NCBI GenBank assembly: GCA_964639295.1
Contig: CAZXDT010000002.1
Location: forward strand, 66,609-130,608
Source: an uncultured Candidatus Saccharibacteria bacterium
GTDB lineage: Bacteria > Patescibacteriota > Saccharimonadia > Saccharimonadales > JALRHH01
Reading direction: 5' to 3'
DNA: 64,000 nucleotides
How positions within the stretch are numbered: position 1 is the stretch's first letter; the number at the start of each line of letters is the position of its first letter. The translations under genes were made by a program, and so were the position numbers. The notes under the pieces were generated by a model. That model was not told the DNA's origin, made no database searches, and was given only the letters and a program-made list of their open reading frames with translations. This document shows positions 36,170 to 45,676 of this stretch, piece after piece.

Positions 36170-37708
36170 GAGAGTACTCTTTCGAGATTCTATCCCCGCT
36201 GCTGATAGGTGATCTAGGTTAATTGCATAGTAGGGGTTTACGACGACCGTTCCTTCCTTGGTAAGCACCTCGGTTTGGATGCCAACTGGCCTGCCATTAC
36301 GAAGTGTTAAGAGTGCCATCGTAGCGTCCGAATGGAGTTTATGCCACAGTGCAATAGGCAACACTCCTCCTGCCCCACCCGATGTGCCGTTAACAAACAG
36401 CGTCGTGTTACCTAACACTCCTTGTACTTTCTCTGGACCCTTCATGACATGTGAGTGTCCGGCCAATACCACATCGACACACCCAGTCTCTGCGATAATC
36501 TTTGCAGCTGAGGGGCTATGAACCATGGCGATACTAACATTTCCTGCTTTACAGGCCGCTCCACCGAGGCGTTGGCCAAGTTGTATGCTTGTTTCTTGCC
36601 CTTCTACCTCTGGTATATCCGCGAGACCACTCCGATTAGGGTCCTTGTCACCAAGGATAGTCATGCCGTCGGCAAGCTCTTCGGCGGTACCGTCGAGCAC
36701 GGTAATTTCAGCCTTCTTGTAGGCTTCTTTTGTGAAAGAAGCCCAATCGTGATTACCCGGTGAAACAAAGCGCTGCTTATAGTGCTTGAACGTAGTGCCA
36801 AGTGAGTCGGTGCTAAATGACTCCCATTTCTGGCTGGCTCCAAAATCATCACCTGCGTCGAGCAGTATTGTGGCACCAACAGCATCGCCAACAGCCTTTA
36901 TGACAGGATCAATATTACTGTTGTCGTGTCTGTCGGAGATGATCACGGCTACTGTTTCGCCCGGCTCGGGTTGGCGAAGTTGATCAGCGACAGCCGCTAC
37001 CTGGTCTTTAAGCGGTCCGTAAAAATCAATGCTGTCTATATACCCGACAACACCACCATTAATAAGCTGGATGGCTGTAGCGTTGAGGTCAGTTTTGCTT
37101 ATCTCTATCTGGCTGACTAGCGGCTGTTCAATCTGTTTTAGGACAGGAACTTGTTGTTCAAGTGAGCTCCAGTGCGGATGTGCCTGCTGTAAATATGTGC
37201 CTGGTATCGCTATAAGCCCGATCGTTATCAGTGAGCCAGCAGTTGCCATGATAGTACCCACCTCGCCTACGGCTGACTGGCCATAACGGCGGCGGGCATA
37301 TATACCGCCTGTCGTGAGTATCCCAAGTGCAGCGCCGCCAAGGACACTTTGGAGTACAAGTTTGTGGGCAACATCTTTGACTTTCTCCCTCTCGCCTCTA
37401 GGCTGGGCAGCAATTAGGAAGTCATTCTGGATGGCTGATGCAATATCTGGCGTATGCTCAATGTCGAAATGTATGCCAGTAGACAACGGCGAGTCTACAG
37501 GGATTCGGGCATCACCACCGACAACTGGGATGTTTTGTGCGGTTGCGTGAGCATCATGTGTCAGGGTAATTGTGCCTTCGTGGGTACCAACAGTAGTTTC
37601 CTCACTAGCATGGTTAGCCACCCCTGCTGCAGCGGCAATACTCATGCCCAAGCCTATACCACTCCACGCCAGTGCATTCCTGATATGATGCGTTTCGCTC
37701 TCTCTCAT
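36155..37708 (-). CDS. Membrane-bound metallophosphoesterase
   Basis: Three N-terminal TM segments. Calcineurin-like motifs VIISDRHDN, DAGDDF, GNHD, AGHSH. Confidence 0.7.
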   Translation of the reverse strand: MRESETHHIRNALAWSGIGLGMSIAAAAGVANHASEETTVGTHEGTITLTHDAHATAQNIPVVGGDARIPVDSPLSTGIHFDIEHTPDIASAIQNDFLIAAQPRGEREKVKDVAHKLVLQSVLGGAALGILTTGGIYARRRYGQSAVGEVGTIMATAGSLITIGLIAIPGTYLQQAHPHWSSLEQQVPVLKQIEQPLVSQIEISKTDLNATAIQLINGGVVGYIDSIDFYGPLKDQVAAVADQLRQPEPGETVAVIISDRHDNSNIDPVIKAVGDAVGATILLDAGDDFGASQKWESFSTDSLGTTFKHYKQRFVSPGNHDWASFTKEAYKKAEITVLDGTAEELADGMTILGDKDPNRSGLADIPEVEGQETSIQLGQRLGGAACKAGNVSIAMVHSPSAAKIIAETGCVDVVLAGHSHVMKGPEKVQGVLGNTTLFVNGTSGGAGGVLPIALWHKLHSDATMALLTLRNGRPVGIQTEVLTKEGTVVVNPYYAINLDHLSAAGIESRKSTLLNEE

Positions 37709-37892
37709 GTGAGACGAGTGTACGCCTCTGAGGCCAGCAGTTCAATAAGTATGTTTGTTTAATGTTGTGAAAAATGGTATGGTTAAGGAACTAGATATAG
37801 CTGCTAAGTGTTCTAGGTTAATAAAGTATTCGTTTGAGGAGCAGCTAGGGCATCCTACCTCAGAGAAAAGTTATACGAGGAGTATGCCCAAA

Positions 37893-38210
37893 ATGGCAGC
37901 TAAACTATTTGTAGGCTCATTGGCCTACAGCGTACGTGACGAAGAGCTAGCGGAATTTTTCGCTACTGTTGGTACCGTAGAATCAGCAAAAGTAATCATG
38001 GACCGCGAAACCAACCGCTCAAAAGGCTTTGGTTTTGTAGAAATGAGCAGCGACGACGAGGCTAAGGCCGCAGTTGAGCAGCTTAACGGTAAAGAGCTTG
38101 CTGGTCGCGCAGTTATTGTTAGCGAAGCTCGCCCACAGGAACCACGTGAACGACGTTCATTTGGTGGCGGTGGCGGCGGTGGACGCGACAACAGCACCCG
38201 TAGCTGGTAA
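37893..38210 (+). CDS. RRM-type RNA-binding protein with a Gly-rich tail
   Basis: RNP2 LFVGSL, RNP1 KGFGFVEM, tail FGGGGGGGRD. The start is moved to MAAKLFVG, 11 nt after GAGGAG. Confidence 0.85.
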   Translation: MAAKLFVGSLAYSVRDEELAEFFATVGTVESAKVIMDRETNRSKGFGFVEMSSDDEAKAAVEQLNGKELAGRAVIVSEARPQEPRERRSFGGGGGGGRDNSTRSW

Positions 38211-38227
38211 TTACTACCAAATACACA

Positions 38228-38256
38228 AAAACCGCTCCACTGGGGCGGTTTTTTGT
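38228..38256 (+). terminator. Intrinsic terminator
   Basis: AAAACCGCTCC-ACT-GGGGCGGTTTTTTG. Confidence 0.7.
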
Positions 38257-38302
38257 TTACCCCTGATATGTGCTACTGTAAAGGCATAAACGTAATATAA
38301 AA

Positions 38303-39985
38303 ATGCAACATCAAACTCCACCAATACACCCCATCCATCGCGGTCTCCACGCACTCCACTTTGGCTTTTTGGGTGGGTTAATAGCCGTGACCTTCCTGGG
38401 TACGTTGTTTATAAGTATTCTGTCACCACTTTGGGTTAAGCAGGCAGATGCTGCCGTGACGCGATTTGCCAGCGGTAGCTTTTGGGATACGACGGTTCCT
38501 AGCTACACAGCACTTAGCCCCAGCTCAGCTGCACTTGTATCAAATATTGTTGGTCAAACCGGAAGTTACGGTGCGGACATCACACATAACAGTGGTGCAA
38601 GTACCGTGTATGAAGTTGATGCCAGTACACCGCTGGTATCAGTAATTCCTTATGATTGCGGTAGCGGTATTGCAGCTGGTTTAGCGTCTCAGTGGCAGGC
38701 AGTCCCCATCCCCTTCTTTGCAGCTCCCAGTGGTGGCTCAAACTCACAGATGGTCATCTATCAACCGAGCAGCGGAACCGTTTGGGAGTTTGGCAAAATG
38801 CGTAGTATTAGCGGCCAGTGGCAAGCATGTACAGGCGGCCAGATTAGTACAAGTAGCGCCGGCGTCTTCCCGAGCCCATATGGCATAACTTCTAGCGGCT
38901 TAGCAGTCTTGGCTGGCCAGTTGAGTATTCAAGAACTACAATCGGGGACCATAAATCATGTCGTTGGACTTAATTTGCCTCAAACTAACGGTGTTACCTG
39001 GCCTGCAAGTCAGTACAATGGCTCTAGCCCAGGGGCTCCACCTATGGGACAGCGATTTAGGCTCGATCCATCTGTAAATATTGATAATCTTGGTTTGTCG
39101 CCAGTGGCTAAAGCCATTGCCCGTGCCGGCCAAACATACGGCTTTGTTGTCTGGAATACGGGTGGCACAGTTGGCTTTACGGCAGAAAGTTCTGCATCAA
39201 GCACTTCCCGCGGCCTCCCAGACCCCTATAGCAGTCTGTCTACAAGCCTTAACGCCTTCCCGTGGGACAAATTACAAGCCCTACCATCAGACTATGGTCA
39301 AGCTACGGGTATTCCTGCTATTTCACAGTTCTCTGTCTCGCAAACCAAAATAAGAGCTGATAACAGCGTCACATTGACCTGGCAAGCCAGCAATGTGAAT
39401 CGTTGTGCCATTTCCGGCATTGGAGATAATCTGAGCGCGAGTGGTACCGCTCAGTCGAGTGCCCTCAGGGCATCAACTACTTTTGTGCTGCGCTGTGGCG
39501 GCCCATTGGGCACAACAACCAGCCAAGTAAGTGTTCAGGTCGTCCCAATTGGCGCAAATGATGACATACCAATACCCCCTGCTCCGCTCACAATCAACGA
39601 ACCCTACGCTGGCTACGCAAATATATTCACTGACTTGATGGCTGGTGAATCAGCTAAGGGTGTATACAAAGTCGTCTATTACGAGCAAAAAACTTATATC
39701 TATGAGACAGCTACCCCGCCCTTTGCCCTCAACACCCTGAGACTTGATAATGGCTCACACACCATTAGCGCCAAGGTCTACTACCAGGATGGACACACAA
39801 CAGATCGTACACTCGGTATATCTGTGAGTAACGGTCTAGAAACATTTGCCGCAGTAACTCAAAGTAAGCCAATCCCAGCTCCAGCGACAATCCCGCTGCT
39901 CTGGGGAATTCTAGGTGGCATCGCTGCAGCCCTTGTTATGGGGACGGGCACCCTCTGGGGTTGGCACCGTGCTCACCTGAACTAG
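38303..39985 (+). CDS. Secreted, C-terminally anchored surface protein with Ig-like repeats
   Basis: N-terminal TM/signal. Beta-sandwich-like segments (SVSQTKIRADNSVTLTWQASNVNRCAISG...; YKVVYYEQKTYIYE...HTISAKVYYQDG). Terminal TM helix LLWGILGGIAAALVMGTG. Confidence 0.5.
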   Translation: MQHQTPPIHPIHRGLHALHFGFLGGLIAVTFLGTLFISILSPLWVKQADAAVTRFASGSFWDTTVPSYTALSPSSAALVSNIVGQTGSYGADITHNSGASTVYEVDASTPLVSVIPYDCGSGIAAGLASQWQAVPIPFFAAPSGGSNSQMVIYQPSSGTVWEFGKMRSISGQWQACTGGQISTSSAGVFPSPYGITSSGLAVLAGQLSIQELQSGTINHVVGLNLPQTNGVTWPASQYNGSSPGAPPMGQRFRLDPSVNIDNLGLSPVAKAIARAGQTYGFVVWNTGGTVGFTAESSASSTSRGLPDPYSSLSTSLNAFPWDKLQALPSDYGQATGIPAISQFSVSQTKIRADNSVTLTWQASNVNRCAISGIGDNLSASGTAQSSALRASTTFVLRCGGPLGTTTSQVSVQVVPIGANDDIPIPPAPLTINEPYAGYANIFTDLMAGESAKGVYKVVYYEQKTYIYETATPPFALNTLRLDNGSHTISAKVYYQDGHTTDRTLGISVSNGLETFAAVTQSKPIPAPATIPLLWGILGGIAAALVMGTGTLWGWHRAHLN

Positions 39986-39986
39986 C

Positions 39987-41087
39987 CTATACTTCTTTTT
40001 TCTCTGAATCTTTAGTTTCTGGCTTGTGGACGTGTCCAGGTTTAGGAAGTTCTGGGTCGCCAATGAGAGGGTCTAGTGCTGGGCCATTCGGAGCTGGAGA
40101 GAACTTGGTACGTAGTAAGACAAGTAGTCCCCCGCCAACAACTGCGTAGCCAGCAATGAACCAAAGGAGGACTTTGTTGAACTCGCGAATCAGGGCCTTT
40201 ACTCCGTCCAGTACCATTACTTGTGTGGCGGTACCGTTTGAGCCACCCTTGTTAGCTGTATCAAATACGAACCAGTAAACAATCTGCCCAATGACCAGGA
40301 ATGTTGCAACACCAATCATACCCCAGGCAACATGGCGTATACCTGCCCTGCGGTTCTTGCGGGCAAGTATGAGTAGTGCACCGAGCAGTATGGTGAGAAC
40401 AAATAGTACCCATTTGCCGGCCTGTACTGCTTTGTACGCATCTGGCGCTGCCTTCAAGTTCTGGTCGATTGATTTACCATCATTATTTTTGGCGATGGTC
40501 TCGTTGGTAATAACTGGCTTGTCTAGGAAGTCTGCTCCGTTCTGGAAATCCTGAGCAAATTGGTTTGCCAAAGCCTGGGTGTTGGTGCCAGGAGGCACAC
40601 AAGGGACTGATAATAGGTCCATATTCGGGTCAAGCAACCGGAGTTGCTGCAAGGTACATACTGGCAGACTGTCAGCTCGTTTCTTGGCATAGTCTGTTAC
40701 ACCTTGTACGAGGTCGTTCTTAGGCTTAGTTAGGTCAATACTAAACTCTGGCTTAGCCGTATTCCCCTGTAACCACCCGTATATTCCCTCGAGAAAGTTC
40801 TCGCTGGCACCTTGAAGCACCGTAGGATTGAAGGCTTTCTCTGCTGCAGCTTGGATTTCGGGTTGGCTCAAGACCTCTTGCGTATTATTATCCTTAGCGT
40901 CTTTCTTGGAGTTATCTATGATAACGCCGACGATCTGGTCGTACACCCTGCTCTCCTTAAGAGCCGTTTCTATATGCTTTGGTGTTCCCAGCACAATAGC
41001 TAGAGCAAAAATAATTGGTACAAGGAGGAGTAGGAGCTTAAAAATAGCACCGGTTCCCTGATATAAGGCTTTTTTGAGGAAATTCAT
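39987..41087 (-). CDS. Hypothetical polytopic membrane protein
   Basis: The start is set at MNFLKKALYQG (41087) to avoid overlapping the HIT gene. N-terminal TM, a ~200 aa loop, then three TM helices. Confidence 0.5.
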   Translation of the reverse strand: MNFLKKALYQGTGAIFKLLLLLVPIIFALAIVLGTPKHIETALKESRVYDQIVGVIIDNSKKDAKDNNTQEVLSQPEIQAAAEKAFNPTVLQGASENFLEGIYGWLQGNTAKPEFSIDLTKPKNDLVQGVTDYAKKRADSLPVCTLQQLRLLDPNMDLLSVPCVPPGTNTQALANQFAQDFQNGADFLDKPVITNETIAKNNDGKSIDQNLKAAPDAYKAVQAGKWVLFVLTILLGALLILARKNRRAGIRHVAWGMIGVATFLVIGQIVYWFVFDTANKGGSNGTATQVMVLDGVKALIREFNKVLLWFIAGYAVVGGGLLVLLRTKFSPAPNGPALDPLIGDPELPKPGHVHKPETKDSEKKEV

Positions 41088-41121
41088 AGTCACATTGTAC
41101 TTACGGTTATAGTATAAGTAC

Positions 41122-41511
41122 ATGCAAGACAGTATCTTTACTAAGATTATTAAGGGTGAGATCCCCTGCCACAAAGTCTATGAGGATGATAAGGTTATCG
41201 CTTTTCTGGATGTTCACCCCAAGCAACCAGGGCATACTCTTGTTGTGCCCAAACAACAAATTGATCTCATATGGGATCTCGATGACGAAACATATCAGTA
41301 CCTGTGGGCAGTGTCCAAAAAGCTCGCACAGCACATGGGTTCAGTGCTTGGTCGTCGTATCGGCGTACAAGTAGAGGGTATGGGAGTGCCACATGCACAT
41401 ATACACCTTGTCCCATTTGGAACAACGGAAGAGTTTCTAAGCGTGGTTGATATGTCTGCAGAGCCAAATCACGCCGAACTTGCCGAATTGGCTGCAAAAC
41501 TAGCCTTTTAG
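41122..41511 (+). CDS. HIT-family nucleotide hydrolase/transferase
   Basis: Histidine triad GVPHAHIHLVP. N-terminus IFTKIIKGEIPCHKVYEDD. Confidence 0.9.
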   Translation: MQDSIFTKIIKGEIPCHKVYEDDKVIAFLDVHPKQPGHTLVVPKQQIDLIWDLDDETYQYLWAVSKKLAQHMGSVLGRRIGVQVEGMGVPHAHIHLVPFGTTEEFLSVVDMSAEPNHAELAELAAKLAF

Positions 41512-41526
41512 TGATATCATCCACCT

Positions 41527-41700
41527 ATGTCTACATTCCTTATCGCATTCTTAGTCGCCCTCGGCGGCGGCACATGGGCTTTTACTAAAATCCAACGCAC
41601 CACAGGTGGGAACACCCAGACTTCGGCACTTATGGGTGCAGTTGCCGGTGTTATCCTATTTCTCCTTATCTTTATTGTCGCCGGTTTCCTCCCAGAGTAA
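41527..41700 (+). CDS. Possible 57-aa two-TM membrane peptide
   Basis: Hand-translated in frame: MSTFLIAFLVALGGGTWAFTKIQRTTGGNTQTSALMGAVAGVILFLLIFIVAGFLPE*. No clear SD. Below the ORF-track cutoff. Confidence 0.35.
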   Translation: MSTFLIAFLVALGGGTWAFTKIQRTTGGNTQTSALMGAVAGVILFLLIFIVAGFLPE

Positions 41701-41767
41701 TTCGTATACCGTAACTAGCCGTTTCATACTAGTTTTTAGACCCTAAAAAGGGTACTATAAGGTCCAT

Positions 41768-42619
41768 ATGGATGAAGTGGGCCTAGGGAAACTCTTACAA
41801 GATGCTCGTAAAAAGGCGGGACTAACGCAGCAAGAGCTGTGTCAGAAAGCCGGTTTGAGCTACTCTACTCTCGCAAAAATCGAGCGTGGTGCTATTAAGG
41901 CTCCGTCAATCTTCACGATTCAGAGCATTGCTGGCGCGCTCAACACCAACCTCAACCAGCTGATGGGTGACTTCGGCCCTTCCCTGCCAGTAGAGACTCC
42001 CAAAAAGCGCAGCAAAAGTGGCGTGCGATTTGTCTATTTCGATATCAATGGCTGTTTGATTCGCTTTTTCCACCCCGCCTTTACCCGTTTAGCAGAGGAC
42101 ACCGGCTTGTCTGCAGACATTATAGAGACCGCTTTTTGGCACCTCAACGAAGAAACCTGTCGTGGTGATATGACTATGTCTGAGTTTAACGACGCGTTTG
42201 CTGCTCGGTTGGGCATTGACCCGATTGATTGGCAGAGCTACTACTTTGAAGCAATTGATCCTGTAACAGAGATGCAAGACCTCCTGGCTTGGGCGGCACA
42301 AAACTACCGAATCGGGCTACTCAGCAACATAATGCCAGGTTTTATTGACCGCATGATGCGAGAAGGCGTCCTGCCACGCGTAAAATACGACCAGATTATT
42401 GATTCGTCAGTCGAAAAGACCGTAAAGCCAGAGGAAAGAATCTTCCAGATCGCCCAAGAGAGAGCTGGTGTTTCCCCAGAAGAAATTTTACTTATTGATG
42501 ATTCCCGTCCCAATCTCATGGCAGCAGAAAAACAGGGATGGAAAGTCATCTGGTTTGACGACTATCGTCCAGATATCAGCGTTGACCGTGTCCGTGTCGC
42601 CTTAGAGCCCGAAGAGTAG
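41768..42619 (+). CDS. XRE-type HTH domain fused to a HAD-superfamily hydrolase domain
   Basis: HTH LQDARKKAGLTQQELCQKAGLSYSTLAKIERG. HAD motifs VYFDINGCLI (motif I-like), LLSN (motif II), LLIDDSRPN (motif IV). Confidence 0.7.
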   Translation: MDEVGLGKLLQDARKKAGLTQQELCQKAGLSYSTLAKIERGAIKAPSIFTIQSIAGALNTNLNQLMGDFGPSLPVETPKKRSKSGVRFVYFDINGCLIRFFHPAFTRLAEDTGLSADIIETAFWHLNEETCRGDMTMSEFNDAFAARLGIDPIDWQSYYFEAIDPVTEMQDLLAWAAQNYRIGLLSNIMPGFIDRMMREGVLPRVKYDQIIDSSVEKTVKPEERIFQIAQERAGVSPEEILLIDDSRPNLMAAEKQGWKVIWFDDYRPDISVDRVRVALEPEE

Positions 42620-42624
42620 CTTTA

Positions 42625-42864
42625 TTATCTTAGGATAAGAGATATCAGTCCGGTCATAAGATCATCAGACATGGTTTGGTGGGGTGATGGGCTAATTGCT
42701 GCGCTAATTGAGGCAAGTAGCAACCCAATACATATCGCTGCAACCCCAATAATTGCGATAAGGACCAGCCCAGCCGGCTTAGCCAACACCGCCAACAGTA
42801 TGGCTAGGGCAGTTAGTAGGGCAAATAGCACAGCGAGTTTCAAATAGAGTTTGCGTGTTTTCAT
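42625..42864 (-). CDS. Small two-TM membrane protein
   Basis: 79 aa, two hydrophobic helices. Confidence 0.4.
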   Translation of the reverse strand: MKTRKLYLKLAVLFALLTALAILLAVLAKPAGLVLIAIIGVAAICIGLLLASISAAISPSPHQTMSDDLMTGLISLILR

Positions 42865-42897
42865 AAAATCATTCTACAGTACTTCCTAAAACAAGTG

Positions 42898-45465
42898 CTA
42901 ATTGCCGAAGCGTTCGTGTTCGTTTTGGAGCTTCTCAAGCTGTGTGGTGGCTTCTGTGAGTTGATCGCGTGTTTGGTCGACAATGGTTTTTGGCGCGTTC
43001 TGAACGTAGCTGGTGTTGCTCAGGCGGCCTTCCAACTGCTTGATTACCTGCTTTTGCTCGGCAATTTTAGTCGCAAGCTCTTCGACAAAGTGTTTAGCGG
43101 TCTCTTGATCAATATCTAACCAGCAGCTAAATGGCACGCTTGTCAGGTGGAGGCCATGGCCATCTTTGACCTGTGTAACACCCTCTAATCGAGCCAATGA
43201 AGCGATCAGTTCACCCTGCTCTACGAGCAATGCTTCACCGGTGTGATACAGGCTTATACCCCCACGCAGGTGCATAGCGCCTTTGATGTAGCGGATTTCT
43301 GTAATGATGTTTTTCACCTGTTCGAATATAGCGGCATCGGTAGCTTTGCTCTTAACGGGCGTTGGCCAGCTGGTGGTGACCAGTAGACTGTCGTCTTCCC
43401 ATTTGAGTGTTTGCCAGATAGTTTCGGTTACAAATGGTGCAAATGGATGTACTAACTTAATGATAGTTTCCAGACTATAGGCCAATACGCCAGGGTTGAG
43501 CTGAGATTTAGATGCTTCAATATACCAATCGGCAAAGTCATCCCAGACCAAGTGGTACAGCAATTCGTAGGCTTCACTGAGGCGATATTCGTTCAAGAGC
43601 TTAGTCACATCTTCGGTAGATTGTTGTAACTTGCTCAACATCCAGGCATCTGCAATGGATTCTGCTTTTGGTGCATGCTTGAGCTTAAAGTCGTCCCCAA
43701 CGTTGTCTTCCACGAAGCGGGCAATGTTCCATAGCTTGTTACAGAAGTTACGGGCTGCGACCAGGCGGTTCTCATCGTACGACTGATTATTACCGGCAGA
43801 CTGGCCAGCGATAACTCCCATGCGGAAAGCATCTGATCCATACTGATCAATCTTGTCCATTGGGTTTACGACATTTCCCTTACTTTTGCTCATCTTGGCG
43901 CCGTGTTCATCAAGTACTAAGCCGTGTAGGTACACATCTTTAAATGGCACTTCACCGGTGTTATACAGGCCAAACATCAGCATACGGCTCACCCAGGGGT
44001 AGAGGATATCTGCACCAGTTTCCATGACACTCAGTGGGTAATATTTCTTGAAATCTTCCCCGTCTGGGTAGTCGAGCGTAGCGTATGGCCAGCTAGAACT
44101 ACTAAACCAAGTATCAAATACGTCTGAGTCGCGGCGGTATGTTTTGCCGTCAACTTCTATAGTCTCTTCTGTTACTCGTTCATCAAATATCCAATCATCG
44201 GGGTTTTCGAGGTTTTGGAAGGCTGGAATTGGAATCCCCCAGGCAATCTGACGACTAATATTCCAGTCCCGAAGCCCTTCTAGGTAGCCAATCAACTGGT
44301 GCTTCTTGGTCTCTGGATAGAACGTGACTTTGTCGGCTTTAAGTGCCTTAATGGCCTCCGTACTCAGAGGTTGCATATCAATGAACCACTGGTCACGTAA
44401 TAGGGGTTGTAGGACCGTCCCACATTTGTAACAGTGCCCAACGCTGTGCGCGTATGCTTCTTCTTTGTCGAGGAATTTCTGGTCCTTGAGATCTGCCACG
44501 ATTTTCTTCCGAGCTTCTAATACTTCGAGCCCTGCGTATGCTTCCGGCATGTCATGAGTGATCTTGCCTTCGTGGTTGATTACGGTAATAAACGGCAGGT
44601 CGTGGCGCTTCCCTGCTTCATAGTCGTTTGGATCGTGAGCTGGAGTAATCTTTACCGCTCCGGTACCAAAGTCTTTTTCTACAAAGTCGTCAGCGATGAC
44701 AGGGATTTCGCGCTTTGTCAGGGGTAGTTTAACGGTTTTGCCAATAAATTGCTTGTAGCGTTCGTCATCAGGATGCACAGCTACGGCCGTATCGCCAAGC
44801 ATTGTTTCCGGGCGTGTGGTGGCAACGGTAATCTGTCCCGAACCATCAGTTAACGGGTAATTTATGTGCCACAGGTGGCTGTTCTCTTCCTTGTACTCTA
44901 CCTCGATATCAGCAAAGCCGGTTCCGTGGAATGTACAGAAGTTTACTAAGCGTTCACCCCTGTAGATAAGGCCCTCGTCCCACATTTTTTTGAAGGTTGC
45001 GTGGGCTTGCTTAACGATCTTTTCATCGAGCGTAAATGTATAGTGTTCCCAGTCTAGGCTGGCACCTAACCTGCGGAACTGTGCTTCATAGTTGTCTTTG
45101 TTCTGGGCAACAAAGTCGTAGACGCGGCTGTAGAGCTCTTCACGGGTGAAATCAAAGCGACTCTTCCCTTCTTTGGCCAGCTGTTTTTCATATACTGACT
45201 GGGTTTCAAATCCAGCGTGGTCTGCCCCAGGCAAAAACAACGTTGGTTTACCCAGCATACGGTTGTAACGTATAAGAATGTCCTCTACCCCAAGGGTCAA
45301 CCCATGACCAATGTGTAGGTCACCATTGGCGTTGGGGGGTGGTATAACGATACTGAAAGGCTCATCATTCCCTCTGTTTTTAGGCGCAAATGCCCCGCTC
45401 TTTTCCCACAGAGCGTAGATATCAGATTCATATTCTTTTGGTTCGTAAGTTTTAGGTAAATTCAT
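42898..45465 (-). CDS. valS: Valine--tRNA ligase
   Basis: HIGH (PNANGDLHIGHG), KMSKS, ValRS-type editing domain, and a C-terminal coiled coil. Confidence 0.97.
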   Translation of the reverse strand: MNLPKTYEPKEYESDIYALWEKSGAFAPKNRGNDEPFSIVIPPPNANGDLHIGHGLTLGVEDILIRYNRMLGKPTLFLPGADHAGFETQSVYEKQLAKEGKSRFDFTREELYSRVYDFVAQNKDNYEAQFRRLGASLDWEHYTFTLDEKIVKQAHATFKKMWDEGLIYRGERLVNFCTFHGTGFADIEVEYKEENSHLWHINYPLTDGSGQITVATTRPETMLGDTAVAVHPDDERYKQFIGKTVKLPLTKREIPVIADDFVEKDFGTGAVKITPAHDPNDYEAGKRHDLPFITVINHEGKITHDMPEAYAGLEVLEARKKIVADLKDQKFLDKEEAYAHSVGHCYKCGTVLQPLLRDQWFIDMQPLSTEAIKALKADKVTFYPETKKHQLIGYLEGLRDWNISRQIAWGIPIPAFQNLENPDDWIFDERVTEETIEVDGKTYRRDSDVFDTWFSSSSWPYATLDYPDGEDFKKYYPLSVMETGADILYPWVSRMLMFGLYNTGEVPFKDVYLHGLVLDEHGAKMSKSKGNVVNPMDKIDQYGSDAFRMGVIAGQSAGNNQSYDENRLVAARNFCNKLWNIARFVEDNVGDDFKLKHAPKAESIADAWMLSKLQQSTEDVTKLLNEYRLSEAYELLYHLVWDDFADWYIEASKSQLNPGVLAYSLETIIKLVHPFAPFVTETIWQTLKWEDDSLLVTTSWPTPVKSKATDAAIFEQVKNIITEIRYIKGAMHLRGGISLYHTGEALLVEQGELIASLARLEGVTQVKDGHGLHLTSVPFSCWLDIDQETAKHFVEELATKIAEQKQVIKQLEGRLSNTSYVQNAPKTIVDQTRDQLTEATTQLEKLQNEHERFGN

Positions 45466-45676
45466 AAATACAGACTTAATAATAACATCTTAGAGAAAGC
45501 ATTTCTAATCTGTAAATTTTGGCAACTAAACACAAGGGCTTTCACGTGAAAGCTTTTCTGCAATGTCTCCAAAATGTAGTTTTGTTTCGAAGGTGCTAGG
45601 CCCACCGGCCAACGAATCAGAACTTTTTGTTTTCATAAGCAGTTTACCACCTCTGTAAATTGACTGCAAGTACAAA

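Noticed and set aside
45526-45636. A small minus-strand ORF after a GAGGTGG Shine-Dalgarno in the valS-tsaD spacer (MKTKSSDSLAGG...).
   Set aside because: Careful codon-by-codon re-reading shows an in-frame TAG after 13 codons. My first reading had dropped a base.
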